Assembly: GCA_002479255.1 (NCBI GenBank)
Contig: DLMJ01000021.1
Location: forward strand, 68,943-132,942
Origin: Candidatus Binatus soli
GTDB taxonomy: Bacteria; Desulfobacterota; Binatia; Binatales; Binataceae
Direction: 5' to 3'
DNA: 64,000 nt
Shown one piece after another: positions 53,449 to 63,396 of the stretch. Position 1 is the stretch's first letter; every line of letters begins with the position of its first letter. Below the pieces are notes generated by a model. The model was not told where the DNA came from. It made no database searches and saw nothing but the letters and a program-made list of their open reading frames with translations. Position numbers and translations under genes: made by a program.

Positions 53449-54045
53449 ATGATCGGCAGCGAATTCCTGACGTGGCTGCATCTGTGCGCGATGGCGGCAT
53501 ACGTCGGCGCGCAGTTCGCGGTCATCTATATGCTGATCCCGGCCGCGGAGACCGCGCCCAACGAGGCGGCGCGGCGCGCGAGCCTGATCGCCGGGTTCAA
53601 GTTCTACAACCCGTTCACGATCGCGGTGCTGGGAGTTATTGTGATTAGCGGTGCGACGCGCCTGACGGACTTGAAAGCGTCGATGAAGTTCGACTACTTC
53701 GCGCGTATCGGTTCGGCGCTCGAGCTGAAGCTGGCGCTCGCCTTCGTTCTCATCTTGATCCAGACCTACATCACGTTCGGACTGGCATTCAGAATCGGCC
53801 GGCAGGAAGAGGTGGCCGCACACGGCGACGGCGAGGCGTTTACCGTCGAACAGCTGAACTCGATGCTGCGGCGAATTCGCGCGATGGCATGGTTCACGAT
53901 CATGCTGGCGGCCGCGGTCATCTGGGTGTCACTCACGATGGTATCGCGAGCGGTGGGTGAGCCCGCCACCGCGTCCCCTACCGTAGCTTCTTCGGACGAT
54001 TTCACGCCAGCGCGAGCAGCGAGCCCAGGATGTACACGACGGTGA
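53449..54045 (+). CDS. CopD/DUF2269-like 4-TM membrane protein
   Basis: WLHL..A.YVG, SG and LKL motifs. Confidence 0.6.
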   Translation: MIGSEFLTWLHLCAMAAYVGAQFAVIYMLIPAAETAPNEAARRASLIAGFKFYNPFTIAVLGVIVISGATRLTDLKASMKFDYFARIGSALELKLALAFVLILIQTYITFGLAFRIGRQEEVAAHGDGEAFTVEQLNSMLRRIRAMAWFTIMLAAAVIWVSLTMVSRAVGEPATASPTVASSDDFTPARAASPGCTRR

Positions 54046-54178
54046 TGATGCCGAAAATCGCGCCCGGGATTTCATTCAGCATGTTGTACTGTGCGAGCCG
54101 AGTCACATCGCTGACGGCAGCCGTCTGGTCGATCGATGCGATTCCCGCGAGTCTTGCTTCGTTGGTCGTTGCGTTCAT
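54002..54178 (-). CDS. 58-aa small protein with a C-terminal TM helix (below the ORF-track cutoff)
   Basis: MNATTNEARLAGIASIDQTAAVSDVTRLAQYNMLNEIPGAIFGIITVVYILGSLLALA*; GGGAGG RBS; sigma-54 promoter upstream. Confidence 0.7.
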   Translation of the reverse strand: MNATTNEARLAGIASIDQTAAVSDVTRLAQYNMLNEIPGAIFGIITVVYILGSLLALA

Positions 54179-54217
54179 TTTCAGGTCCTCCCGTATTCAG
54201 TTACTGACTGGGATAAC

Positions 54218-54232
54218 GCAACTCACGTGCCA
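54218..54232 (-). promoter_or_regulatory. Sigma-54 (-24/-12) promoter
   Basis: Minus strand reads TGGCACGTGAGTTGC, matching the consensus TGGCACG-N4-TTGC. Confidence 0.8.
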
Positions 54233-54487
54233 GTCTAAAGCTCTCGATTTGACGACGCTTTTTCCAGCCAACCACTCACTCGAAGCAGTTCACGCTATAA
54301 AAAATGCTTCAAATTCAATATCTTAAGTGCGGTAGCAGAATGCGAGAGAGAATTCGCCAATTTTCGATATTCGCGGTAAATTTCCTTATTCGCGAATCAG
54401 CGCAATCGGCCAGCTGCACCTATCTCACTGCGGCTCGGCTCTCGCTTGGTCCCTCTTTGATCATCTCAATACATCTGCAAAAGTGGC

Positions 54488-55261
54488 GTGATGGCGAGTG
54501 AAATGAATCAGGACGCGCCCCAGTCCAACGGCAAGGCGACCGGAGGGTTGAAGCCGCCCACCGCGTTGCTCGCAGCCGACGCTGCCGCGCCGGGCGCGCA
54601 TCCGCATTTCATCCGCAGCCTGGCGCTGCGTTTCGCGGAGGCGGCGATCTTCCTGACAGCCGTCGTCGGCGCGATCGCGATGGGACTCGGAATCACCGCC
54701 TACTTTGCCGAGCATCACTATGTGCTCGCATACCTGGCGGCATATGCGGGCTTTTGCTTTGCCGATTTGATTGTGCGCGAAGACGCCGAGGACAGTCCCG
54801 CACACGAAGAACTCAGCCAGCGGATCGCCGTGCAGCTTCCAATCCTCGTGACGTTTGCGGCGGCGCCGTTCGAGCGCACTTATCTTTACGGCGGCTCAGC
54901 GCCCGCATTCGTCAGCGCGCTTGGACTGCTGATCGCACTGTGGGGGATGTGGCTGGCGCTTGGCGCGCGCGTTCAGCTCGGATTTTTTACTTCGGGCAGA
55001 ACGGCCGAGCATCCGGTGCTCGTCAAGCGCGGCTTTTATCGTTACGTCAGGCATCCGATCTACGCGGGTACATATTTGGTAACGTTCGGATGGCCGCTCA
55101 TCTACGGAGCGCCGATCACCGCGATCCTGACGCTGATCGTCGGAGCGATTTTCTTGAGTCGACGAATGAAGTCCGAAGAGGCCGCGATGCGCGCGCTATT
55201 TGGCGAAGAGTACGACGCCTACATGCGCGAGACGGACGCGTTGGTTCCGTCGATCTGGTAA
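54488..55261 (+). CDS. Isoprenylcysteine carboxyl methyltransferase (ICMT/PEMT) family membrane protein
   Basis: LV..G.YRYVRHPIY.G and EE..M...FGEEY..Y; exact start uncertain. Confidence 0.85.
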   Translation: MMASEMNQDAPQSNGKATGGLKPPTALLAADAAAPGAHPHFIRSLALRFAEAAIFLTAVVGAIAMGLGITAYFAEHHYVLAYLAAYAGFCFADLIVREDAEDSPAHEELSQRIAVQLPILVTFAAAPFERTYLYGGSAPAFVSALGLLIALWGMWLALGARVQLGFFTSGRTAEHPVLVKRGFYRYVRHPIYAGTYLVTFGWPLIYGAPITAILTLIVGAIFLSRRMKSEEAAMRALFGEEYDAYMRETDALVPSIW

Positions 55262-55305
55262 CGCCCATTCCGCCAGCGCCATCGAAAAGAACGAGAACGA
55301 TCGCT

Positions 55306-55938
55306 TCAGCCACGGCGTGCTTCAAGCTGGCAGCGGGCGTGCGAGCAGAAGTCGTTTTCGTTGTCGTCGCCGAGGCTGACAAACTTCGCGCCGCAGGCCG
55401 TGCATTCGCGAATCGATTCGCCGGGCTTGAGCCGCGCCGCGAGCTCGGCGGTCTCGGCTGAGTCGTCGGTCTTCGAGCCTCGCGCGATACGTCGCGTCCG
55501 CGGCCTCTCCGGCAACGCTCCATCGGCGATCAGCCGGCCATTCGCACCCATCATGGCGAGTTCGTCGGCGCGATTATTGATCGGATCGGTGTCGTGTCCG
55601 CGAACCCATTCGAATCGCACGCGTCGCGCCGCCGTTTCGGCGTCGAGCAGTTCCCACAAATCGTGATTCTTGTTGCGCTTGTAATGAAGCATCATCGAAT
55701 TGACGACGTACCTGCTGTCACTGCGGATAACAACGTGGGCGCCGCGTTCGGTCGCGCGCAAACCCTCGATCGCGCCCATCAATTCCATTCGGTTGTTGGT
55801 GGTTGAAGGATGGTGGCCGTTAAGTTCGGTCACAACGCCATCGGGATCTTGCACCACGACGCCCCATCCGCCCGGCCCCGGGTTACCGATGCAGGAGCCG
55901 TCGGCGTAAACGAGATATTCGCGAGGCGCGGTTGCCAC
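55306..55938 (-). CDS. rnhA: Ribonuclease HI with a C-terminal Cys4 extension
   Basis: DGSCIGNPGPGGWG, TTNNRMEL, SDS.YV and WVRGH..N.RADELA. Confidence 0.92.
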   Translation of the reverse strand: MATAPREYLVYADGSCIGNPGPGGWGVVVQDPDGVVTELNGHHPSTTNNRMELMGAIEGLRATERGAHVVIRSDSRYVVNSMMLHYKRNKNHDLWELLDAETAARRVRFEWVRGHDTDPINNRADELAMMGANGRLIADGALPERPRTRRIARGSKTDDSAETAELAARLKPGESIRECTACGAKFVSLGDDNENDFCSHARCQLEARRG

Positions 55939-55947
55939 GGCCGGATT

Positions 55948-57405
55948 CTAGCTGAGGCCGCGATCTTTTCGCAGCCGCGTGAACCACGCGACGTATTGCC
56001 CAACAGCCCGCTCCCACGAGAAATCCGCCGCAAAGCAATTTTGCATCAGCCGCCGCCACGTCGTGCGCTCCCCGAACGTCGCCACCATCCGGCCTAGCGC
56101 CGCGACCATTTCAGCCGCGTCGAACTTGTCGAATACGAAACCGTTGCCGGTCGCGCGCCGGGGATCGAAGTCACTTACCGTGTCGCGCAGTCCTCCGGTG
56201 GCGCGGGCCACGGGCACCGTGCCATAGCGCAACGCGTACATCTGCGTGAGTCCGCACGGTTCGAATCGCGACGGCATCAGGAGAGCGTCGCTGCCAGCCT
56301 GGATTCGATGCGCGAGCGTGTCGTTGAACTCGATTATTGCTCGAAGTTTTTCAGGGTAGCGTGACTCTGCCTGTTTGAAGAATTTCTCGAGCACCGGATC
56401 GCCGCTCGCGAGCATGACGAGTTGCAAATCCAGGTGCATCACGGCGTCGAGCGCGTCTCCGAGCAGGTCAACGCCTTTTTGCCCGGTCATGCGGGTGACC
56501 ATCCCGACCATCGGCCAATGCTCGCGGTTCGGCAGACCGAGTGAATCGCGCAACGCGCGCGCGCATGCACGCTTGCCGTCGGGTTTCGCGGGCGTGTAAG
56601 TCGCGGCGATGGCGCGGTCGGTGGCGGGATTCCACTCATTGTAGTCGGCGCCGTTGAGGATTCCCACGAAATCTTCGCCCTTGTCGCGGAGCACCCCCTC
56701 CAGTCCAAAGCCGAGTTCCGGGTCCGTAGTCACTTCGTGCGCGTAGGAGGGGCTCACGGTTGAGGCGCCGTCGCACAGAACGATAGCGCCCTTCATCAGA
56801 TTCAAGTGGCCGTAAAATTCCAGGTAATCGACCGAAAAATACGGCGCGCCGATATTGAGCAGCGCGAAGTCCTCGCGTTTGCCGATACCCTGGAAGGCAA
56901 GATTGTGAATCGTGAAGATCGAGAGCGCCTTCTCGAACCGGGGGCGAAGAGCGTTGTCGGCGCGCATCGCAATCGGCACGGCGGCCGAATGCCAATCGTG
57001 AGCGTGTACTACGTCCGGCGCGACTATCTCTGCGGCTGCGACGGCGGCGGCGCGGCCAAAGAAGACAAAGCGCCGCATGTTGTCGGGATAGTCGTTGCCG
57101 TTCTCGCCATAGATTCCGCGCCGGGCGAAAAATCCAGGATGATCGATCAGGTACATCGGCACGCCATGCTGATCGGCCGCACGCAACACCGAAAAACGTT
57201 CGACGCCGGTACCGAATCGCATCGGGATATCGCGCACGACCGGCGAATTCTCGACGTTGTCCACAATCGACGCGTAACCGGGCACGATCAGCGACGGTTC
57301 CTCGCCGGCCGCCTTCAATGCCCCTGGCAGCGCGCCGATCACGTCGGCGAGACCGCCGGCTTTTGCGTGAGGAGCGGCTTCCGCCGCAACGATCGCTATC
57401 TTCAC
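55948..57405 (-). CDS. glgA: Glycogen synthase
   Basis: K.GGLADV, HAHDWH, TIHNLAFQG and MPSRFEPCGL. Confidence 0.96.
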   Translation of the reverse strand: MKIAIVAAEAAPHAKAGGLADVIGALPGALKAAGEEPSLIVPGYASIVDNVENSPVVRDIPMRFGTGVERFSVLRAADQHGVPMYLIDHPGFFARRGIYGENGNDYPDNMRRFVFFGRAAAVAAAEIVAPDVVHAHDWHSAAVPIAMRADNALRPRFEKALSIFTIHNLAFQGIGKREDFALLNIGAPYFSVDYLEFYGHLNLMKGAIVLCDGASTVSPSYAHEVTTDPELGFGLEGVLRDKGEDFVGILNGADYNEWNPATDRAIAATYTPAKPDGKRACARALRDSLGLPNREHWPMVGMVTRMTGQKGVDLLGDALDAVMHLDLQLVMLASGDPVLEKFFKQAESRYPEKLRAIIEFNDTLAHRIQAGSDALLMPSRFEPCGLTQMYALRYGTVPVARATGGLRDTVSDFDPRRATGNGFVFDKFDAAEMVAALGRMVATFGERTTWRRLMQNCFAADFSWERAVGQYVAWFTRLRKDRGLS

Positions 57406-57508
57406 GAGATCAGATTTCCGCGGGCCCGGTGGCCGTCAAAAACATACGCGCTGCGGCTGGACCGTTCCAACATCGCAGCGCATCATTTTCCAAATTATGC
57501 CGAGCTGA

Positions 57509-59995
57509 TTAGTTCAGGACCGTGCGCTCGGTCCGCGCCGCCGCCGGCGTGGGCGCGGCCGCGGGAGTGGGCGCCGCCGCCTCCGCCGCGGGAGCGGGTG
57601 CGGGCGCGGGTGCAGCCTGCACGGCGTCGCCGTCACGCAGCGCGTGCCGAATGACCTCATCGACCGTATCGACGAAAATCATTTCGAGCTCTTTGCGCAC
57701 TTCGGGCTGGATGTCATCGAGGTCGCGCTCGTTGCGGCGCGGCAGAATGATCGTCTTGATCCCGGCGCGCCTTGCCGCGAGCACCTTCTCCTTGATTCCG
57801 CCGACCGGCAGCACCTTGCCGCGCAGCGTTATCTCGCCGGTCATCGCGACGTCGGATCGCACCGGCCGGCCGCTGAGCAACGACGCCAGCGACGCCGCGA
57901 TCGTCACGCCGCCCGACGGCCCATCCTTGGGAATCGCTCCGGCGGGAACGTGAACGTGGATGTCGGATTTCTCGAAAAAGTCCGGCGCGATTCCCAGCTC
58001 CGCCGCGTGGGTGCGCACGTAAGAAAGCGCGGCCTGCGCCGATTCCTTCATCACGTCGCCGAGCGAGCCGGTAAGGTTGAGACCTTTCTGCCCTGACATC
58101 CGGGTGCTCTCGATGAACATTATCTCGCCGCCGTTGGGCGTCCATGCCAGCCCGGTCGCAACCCCCGGCTCCTGCGTGCGTTCGGCGACCTCGGAAAAGA
58201 AGCGCGGCGCGCCGAGATAGCGTTGCACGTCGGCTCCGGAAACGATCGTGGGCGCCGTTTCGCCCTCGGTTATCGAACGCGCGATCTTGCGGCAGACGCG
58301 CGCGATCTCGCGCTCGAGATTTCTAAGCCCGGCCTCGCGCGTATAGCTGTGGATGATCTCGCGCAGCGCCTCCTCAGAGAATTCGATCTTCCGATCGCCG
58401 AGTCCGTTTTCATAGAGTTGCTTGGGGATCAGGTGCCGCTGCACGATTTGCAGCTTCTCTTCCTCGGTGTATCCCGGCAGCTCGAGCACTTCCATCCGGT
58501 CGCGCAGCGCGTGCGGAACCGGGTCGAGCACGTTGGCGGTGGTCAGGAACAGCACTTTGGAAAGATCGAACGGCACGTCCAGGTAATGATCCGAGAACGT
58601 GTTGTTCTGTTCCGGATCGAGCACCTCGAGCAGCGCCGACGCCGGGTCGCCGCGGAAGTCCATGCCGAGCTTGTCCACTTCGTCGAGGATGAACAGCGGG
58701 TTGTTCGAGCCCGCGTTGCGAAGCCCCTGGATGATTCGGCCCGGCAACGATCCGATGTAAGTGCGGCGATGGCCGCGAATCTCGGCCTCGTCGCGGATGC
58801 CGCCGAGCGACAGGCGCACGAATTTGCGGCCGAGCGCGCGCGCGATCGACTTGCCCAGCGAGGTTTTGCCCGTGCCCGGAGGCCCGACGAAGCACAGGAT
58901 GGGTCCCTTGGTGTCGTTCTTGAGCTTGCGCACCGCGAGAAACTCGAGGATGCGTTCCTTTATTTTTTCGAGGTCGTAGTGGTCCTCGTCGAGCACCTGG
59001 CGCGCGTGGCGAATGTCGAGATTGTCCTCGGTGGAGGCGCCCCACGGCAGGCTGACCAGCCAGTCGAGATAGGTGCGCACGACAGTGTGCTCCGCCGACT
59101 CGGGCGGGATCATCTTGAGGCGCTCAAGTTCCTTGTCCGCGACTTTGCGCGCCTCGGGCGACATTTTCGCCTCTTCGATCTTCTTTTCGATCTCCTCGAC
59201 TTCGGAAGTGCGCGCGTCGCCCTCGCCCAGCTCCTTCTGAATCGCCTTGAGCTGCTGGCGCAGATAATACTCGCGTTGATTTTTGTTGAGCTCGGTCTGA
59301 ACCTGGGACTGAATCTTATGGCCGAGTTCGAGCATCTCGATCTCGCGGCCCAGAATCGCGATGAGCTTTTCCAGCCGCGCGCGAACGTCGAGCGTCGCGA
59401 GGAGATCCTGCCCCTCTTCGATCGGAATCTTCAGATAAGAGGCGACCATGTCGGCAAGCCGGCTGGCCTCCTTCACCTGCATCGCCATCACCTGCAATTC
59501 GTCGGGCAGGTACGGCACCAGCGAGACGAACTTGGAAAACTGGCTCACCAGATGCGCATGGAGCGCGTCGATTTCCCGGTCGGAGGAAACCGGCTCGTTG
59601 AGCCGCTTCACGTGCGCGAGGAAGTACGGCTCGCGCTGGGTGAACTGGCCGAGTTCGATTCGCGCCAATCCCTGCACCAGCACACGTACGCTCTGATCCG
59701 GATAGCGCAACATCTTGAGGATGCGCACCGCGGTGCCGAGTTGGAACAATCCCTCGGGCGCGGGCTGCTCGTCTTCCGGGTTTTTTTGCGCCGCCAGCGC
59801 GATCACCTTCGAGGTCTGACCGCAGTCCTCGATCAACTTGAGCGACGACGGCCGCGAAACCAGGAACGGATGAATCTGACTCGGGAAAATCACGATGCCG
59901 CGCAACGGCAGCACCGGCAGGATCTCGGGAATCTCGGCCTTGCTCAGATCCTCTTCAATCTCGAAACGTTTTTCCCCTTTGGGTTTATCTGCCAT
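57509..59995 (-). CDS. lon: ATP-dependent Lon protease
   Basis: LPLR N-domain, GPPGTGKTS, RGHRRTYIG and PKDGPS. Confidence 0.97.
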   Translation of the reverse strand: MADKPKGEKRFEIEEDLSKAEIPEILPVLPLRGIVIFPSQIHPFLVSRPSSLKLIEDCGQTSKVIALAAQKNPEDEQPAPEGLFQLGTAVRILKMLRYPDQSVRVLVQGLARIELGQFTQREPYFLAHVKRLNEPVSSDREIDALHAHLVSQFSKFVSLVPYLPDELQVMAMQVKEASRLADMVASYLKIPIEEGQDLLATLDVRARLEKLIAILGREIEMLELGHKIQSQVQTELNKNQREYYLRQQLKAIQKELGEGDARTSEVEEIEKKIEEAKMSPEARKVADKELERLKMIPPESAEHTVVRTYLDWLVSLPWGASTEDNLDIRHARQVLDEDHYDLEKIKERILEFLAVRKLKNDTKGPILCFVGPPGTGKTSLGKSIARALGRKFVRLSLGGIRDEAEIRGHRRTYIGSLPGRIIQGLRNAGSNNPLFILDEVDKLGMDFRGDPASALLEVLDPEQNNTFSDHYLDVPFDLSKVLFLTTANVLDPVPHALRDRMEVLELPGYTEEEKLQIVQRHLIPKQLYENGLGDRKIEFSEEALREIIHSYTREAGLRNLEREIARVCRKIARSITEGETAPTIVSGADVQRYLGAPRFFSEVAERTQEPGVATGLAWTPNGGEIMFIESTRMSGQKGLNLTGSLGDVMKESAQAALSYVRTHAAELGIAPDFFEKSDIHVHVPAGAIPKDGPSGGVTIAASLASLLSGRPVRSDVAMTGEITLRGKVLPVGGIKEKVLAARRAGIKTIILPRRNERDLDDIQPEVRKELEMIFVDTVDEVIRHALRDGDAVQAAPAPAPAPAAEAAAPTPAAAPTPAAARTERTVLN

Positions 59996-60144
59996 AGGTC
60001 AATCGAACCTCGTAGGGGCAAACCCCGCCACGCCTTCCACGCAACCCAAATTTCACCGTAATATACAGTTGTGGCGCGGACAAGGTCACCTCTTGGATAA
60101 GAAGTTAATCACGGTGACCGGCTCGCGCTACTGATGAGGAAACA

Positions 60145-60570
60145 TTGTCTAATATTGGGTTCGATAAGCTATTCAGCGAGGAAGAAGCCAACGAGCTGAT
60201 TCCGCGTCTGGAAATTCTGATGCGCCAACTGCAGATGCAGGCGACGTCGTTGCGCACACGGATCGACGAATTATCGGTCACCGATCCCTCGATCCTGCAC
60301 TGCACGATGAACGAAATCGTCGGGCGTTATCCCGAGCTGCGGTCGTTCGCGACCAACATGGCCGACGCCGCCGCGCAAATCGAATCGTTCGGATGCATCC
60401 TCAAGGATATCGAGATGGGGCTGATTGATTTTCCCTATGACGCGGACGACGAAGTTGTTTTCCTATGCTGGCAGTTCGGCGAGCCGCGCGTCGTCGCATG
60501 GCACAGCATCAACAGTGGATTTTCCGAGCGCCAGCCGCTGCCCGGCGCGCCGAACCGCTGGCTCAACTGA
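60145..60570 (+). CDS. DUF2203 family protein
   Basis: F...EAN.L.P, KD...GLIDFP..LCW..GE and WH...GF..R.P. Confidence 0.85.
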   Translation: MSNIGFDKLFSEEEANELIPRLEILMRQLQMQATSLRTRIDELSVTDPSILHCTMNEIVGRYPELRSFATNMADAAAQIESFGCILKDIEMGLIDFPYDADDEVVFLCWQFGEPRVVAWHSINSGFSERQPLPGAPNRWLN

Positions 60571-60600
60571 CCAGCGAACAGCAGGAATTCTGACAGCCAA

Positions 60601-61071
60601 ATGATTTTAACTTTGTCGATTTACCTGGCCGCACTTGGATGCTGGCTCGGCGGAATCGTTTTCTTCTCGTTTTTCACCGCGCCGGCGGTTTTCACGCGTC
60701 TGCCGACAGCCGAGGCCGGCCAGCTGATCAGCGCAATCTTCCCGCGCTACTACATGCTCGGCTACGTCGCGGGAACGGTGAGCTTCATCCTCGCGGTGTA
60801 TTTCACCGCCGTGCGCGGACCGCGGATGTGGTGGGGCGCCACCACGGTCGCGTTGGCAATCGCGCTCGGAATTACCTTTTATGCCGGCACGGTCATTCTG
60901 CCGCGAGCCGACGCCATCCGCAGCGTCACCGAAGATCCAAATCCCGACGCTGCCCGCAAGGCGGAGTTCGACCGGCTGCACCACATGTCGGTGATTCTCA
61001 ATGGCACCGTGCTGCTGTTGAATCTCGCCGCAATCGTGGGCACTTCGGGAGCGTTGACCGCGCGTGGCTGA
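60601..61071 (+). CDS. DUF4149/TMEM205 family membrane protein
   Basis: W.GG..FF...AP..F..L...AG....IFP.YY and F.RLH..SV. Confidence 0.85.
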   Translation: MILTLSIYLAALGCWLGGIVFFSFFTAPAVFTRLPTAEAGQLISAIFPRYYMLGYVAGTVSFILAVYFTAVRGPRMWWGATTVALAIALGITFYAGTVILPRADAIRSVTEDPNPDAARKAEFDRLHHMSVILNGTVLLLNLAAIVGTSGALTARG

Positions 61072-61828
61072 GCATCGTTACAAGGCGGTCGTGATCGATT
61101 TATTCGACACGCTCGTCAACTGGAATGTCGAAGCGCTGCCGCTCATGCAATGGCGCGGGCGCGAAATTCGAAGCACGACTCCCCTGCTCTTCTCCGCGCT
61201 GGAAACGGCGCTCGGCGAGCGCTTCGACCGCGACACCTTCGCAGAGGCACACGCATCGGTTTACAGCGAGATATTCACCGAGCGAGCGAAGGCGGACGCG
61301 ATCGAGACTACCTGCTTCGAGCGCTTCTCGCGCACGCTCAAACTGCTCGGCGTCGACGAGGACCGGGCAGCGCCCCTGGCCGAAAGCCTGCGCCGAATCC
61401 ACATGGGACGGGTGCGCGAGGTCACCTGGGCGCCGAAGCCGCGAATCGACGCGATGAAAAGAATCGCCAGGCATCTGCGCGTCGGCTTGATCTCGAACTT
61501 CGACGATTCCGAGACCGGCCACCTCATCATGCATGACACCGGCATCCGCGAGCTCTTCGACGCCGTGATTATCTCGGCCGACACCGGCTACCGAAAACCC
61601 AACCCGCTCATCTTCAAAAAAATTCTCGACCTGATGGGGCTCGCGCCCGCCGATATCCTGTTCGTCGGCGATACTCCGCTCGACGACGTGCTGGGCAGCA
61701 AAGGCGTCGGGATGCATTCGGCGTGGATTCGCACGCGCGATCGCGAGCTGCCCGAGGGAATTCCTGCGCCCGACATCGTCATCTCGGACCTCGCGGAACT
61801 GCCCGACGCGCTTGGTTTGCAAGAATAG
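61064..61828 (+). CDS. HAD-superfamily hydrolase
   Basis: DLFDTL, ISN, KP and VGD...DV. Confidence 0.9.
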   Translation: MAEHRYKAVVIDLFDTLVNWNVEALPLMQWRGREIRSTTPLLFSALETALGERFDRDTFAEAHASVYSEIFTERAKADAIETTCFERFSRTLKLLGVDEDRAAPLAESLRRIHMGRVREVTWAPKPRIDAMKRIARHLRVGLISNFDDSETGHLIMHDTGIRELFDAVIISADTGYRKPNPLIFKKILDLMGLAPADILFVGDTPLDDVLGSKGVGMHSAWIRTRDRELPEGIPAPDIVISDLAELPDALGLQE

Positions 61829-62238
61829 TGGCCGATCACGATCGAAGCCGCTTTGTCCGGGCGCTTGAAAGCGCGCCGTTCGCCGCGATGCTCGGGCTGA
61901 AGATCGAATCCGCCGCCGACGGCGCGGCGTTGGTGCGGATGCCATTCGACTTGCGGCTGCTCAACGAAGGCGGCCGGACCGCTCCCATTCACGGCGGCGC
62001 GATTGCCTCGCTGGCCGACGTTGCTGCATGCGCCGCGGTGTGGACTCTCGCCGAGACCGTACGCACCGCGACCATCTCGATCACGGTGAACTACACGGGC
62101 TTCGCCGTGAATTCCGACCTGACCGCCCGCGCCCGGGTGAAGCGGACGGGCAAGCGCATCGCCAGCCTGAGCGTCGAAATCGCCGACGCGTCCGACGCCC
62201 TCATCGCCGACGCGCTCGTCACCTACAAGATCGCCTAG
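61828..62238 (+). CDS. PaaI-family thioesterase
   Basis: PF...LG, N....IHGGAI.SLAD. Confidence 0.9.
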   Translation: MADHDRSRFVRALESAPFAAMLGLKIESAADGAALVRMPFDLRLLNEGGRTAPIHGGAIASLADVAACAAVWTLAETVRTATISITVNYTGFAVNSDLTARARVKRTGKRIASLSVEIADASDALIADALVTYKIA

Positions 62239-62279
62239 CAAGATCGCTTGGCTCAATCCGGTCGCATACACTTGAACTG

Positions 62280-63044
62280 GTGTCATCGACTCTGGATAAA
62301 ATCCGCCACGCCGCCGCGCCGCACGGACTCAATCTGGTCGCGGCGACTCCCGTGGCGCGCTACGACAACGAAGCCTCTATCAAGGGAATTGCGCGCGCCT
62401 CGGCGATCGATCCCCATGCACGCTCGATCGTCGTCATCGGCAATGGCGGCGGCGCGCTCTGGGATGCGCTCAAATCCCACGCGGCGCGCCATCCGCGATG
62501 GTGGGATCTTGAAAATCCGCTCGACGAATTCACTCGCGAAGTTGTCGAGCGCGACGTGGCCGGCCCCCTTCGCGCATCGGGCGCGCGATGCACCACCGTT
62601 TACCCGTTCATGAACAGCGGCCGCACGCTCAACTTCATCGAGCTGGGCAAGGTCGCGGGAGTCGCCGGGCCGAGCATCCTCGGCGTCACCGTGCATCCTG
62701 TATATGGACCGTGGATCGCATTTCGCGCCGCGCTCCTGCTCGACGAGGAGCTTGATTCACCGGGCGACGCGGTCGGCTTCGATCCGTGCCCCCGATGCAC
62801 CGCGCGCACTTGTATTCCCGCGTGCCCGGCCGGCGCGGTAAGGGCAGATTCGGGATGGGACATCCCCAAATGCCTGACGCATCGCGTCGAAGTCGAGGCG
62901 GATTGCACGCCGCAATGCCACGCGCGGGCGGGATGCGTGCTCGGCCCCGAGCATCGTTACCCCGCCGACGAACTCGCCTATCATCAGATGCGCGCGCTGC
63001 GCTCGATGCGTCCGTACTACATCTCCCAGCTCAAACCCCGTTGA
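62280..63044 (+). CDS. QueG/MMACHC-like Fe-S protein
   Basis: IGNGG.ALW, NPLD, HPVYGPW..FRAALL and C..C...C...CP..C...C..R..C; start uncertain. Confidence 0.7.
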   Translation: MSSTLDKIRHAAAPHGLNLVAATPVARYDNEASIKGIARASAIDPHARSIVVIGNGGGALWDALKSHAARHPRWWDLENPLDEFTREVVERDVAGPLRASGARCTTVYPFMNSGRTLNFIELGKVAGVAGPSILGVTVHPVYGPWIAFRAALLLDEELDSPGDAVGFDPCPRCTARTCIPACPAGAVRADSGWDIPKCLTHRVEVEADCTPQCHARAGCVLGPEHRYPADELAYHQMRALRSMRPYYISQLKPR

Positions 63045-63396
63045 GAAACAGCTTGAGTCTGGCAACCTGAAGAGCGCAACGGGCGTGATTCTTTTCAGCG
63101 ACGCGGATTTGCTTCGCGTCACGGCGAAGAAAACCCAACGCGGCCAGCGTGGGCGCGATTGTGGACGGCCAATTGGGCGGAAAAGAACAATTTCTACCTT
63201 CCGTTGTGGTTTTGTGACGGCTACGCTCTAGGGCTAGTTTCGTTCCGTCAAAAATTATTCCTGCCGCAAGTGCGGCTCGCCCGACTTCGGGCGAGCCGGG
63301 CGAGTACGGGACATCCTGGCGGTTGACCATACCGTACGCATAGCACGCCAAATCCGGCGGGGGCAGGATGAACTAGTTCATCCCGTTGATCGAAAC

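Noticed and set aside
57520..57620. Ala/Pro repeat at the Lon C-terminus
   Set aside because: Low-complexity protein tail, not a DNA repeat system
63031..63351. 106-aa minus-strand ORF
   Set aside because: No motifs or RBS and atypical composition; likely spurious
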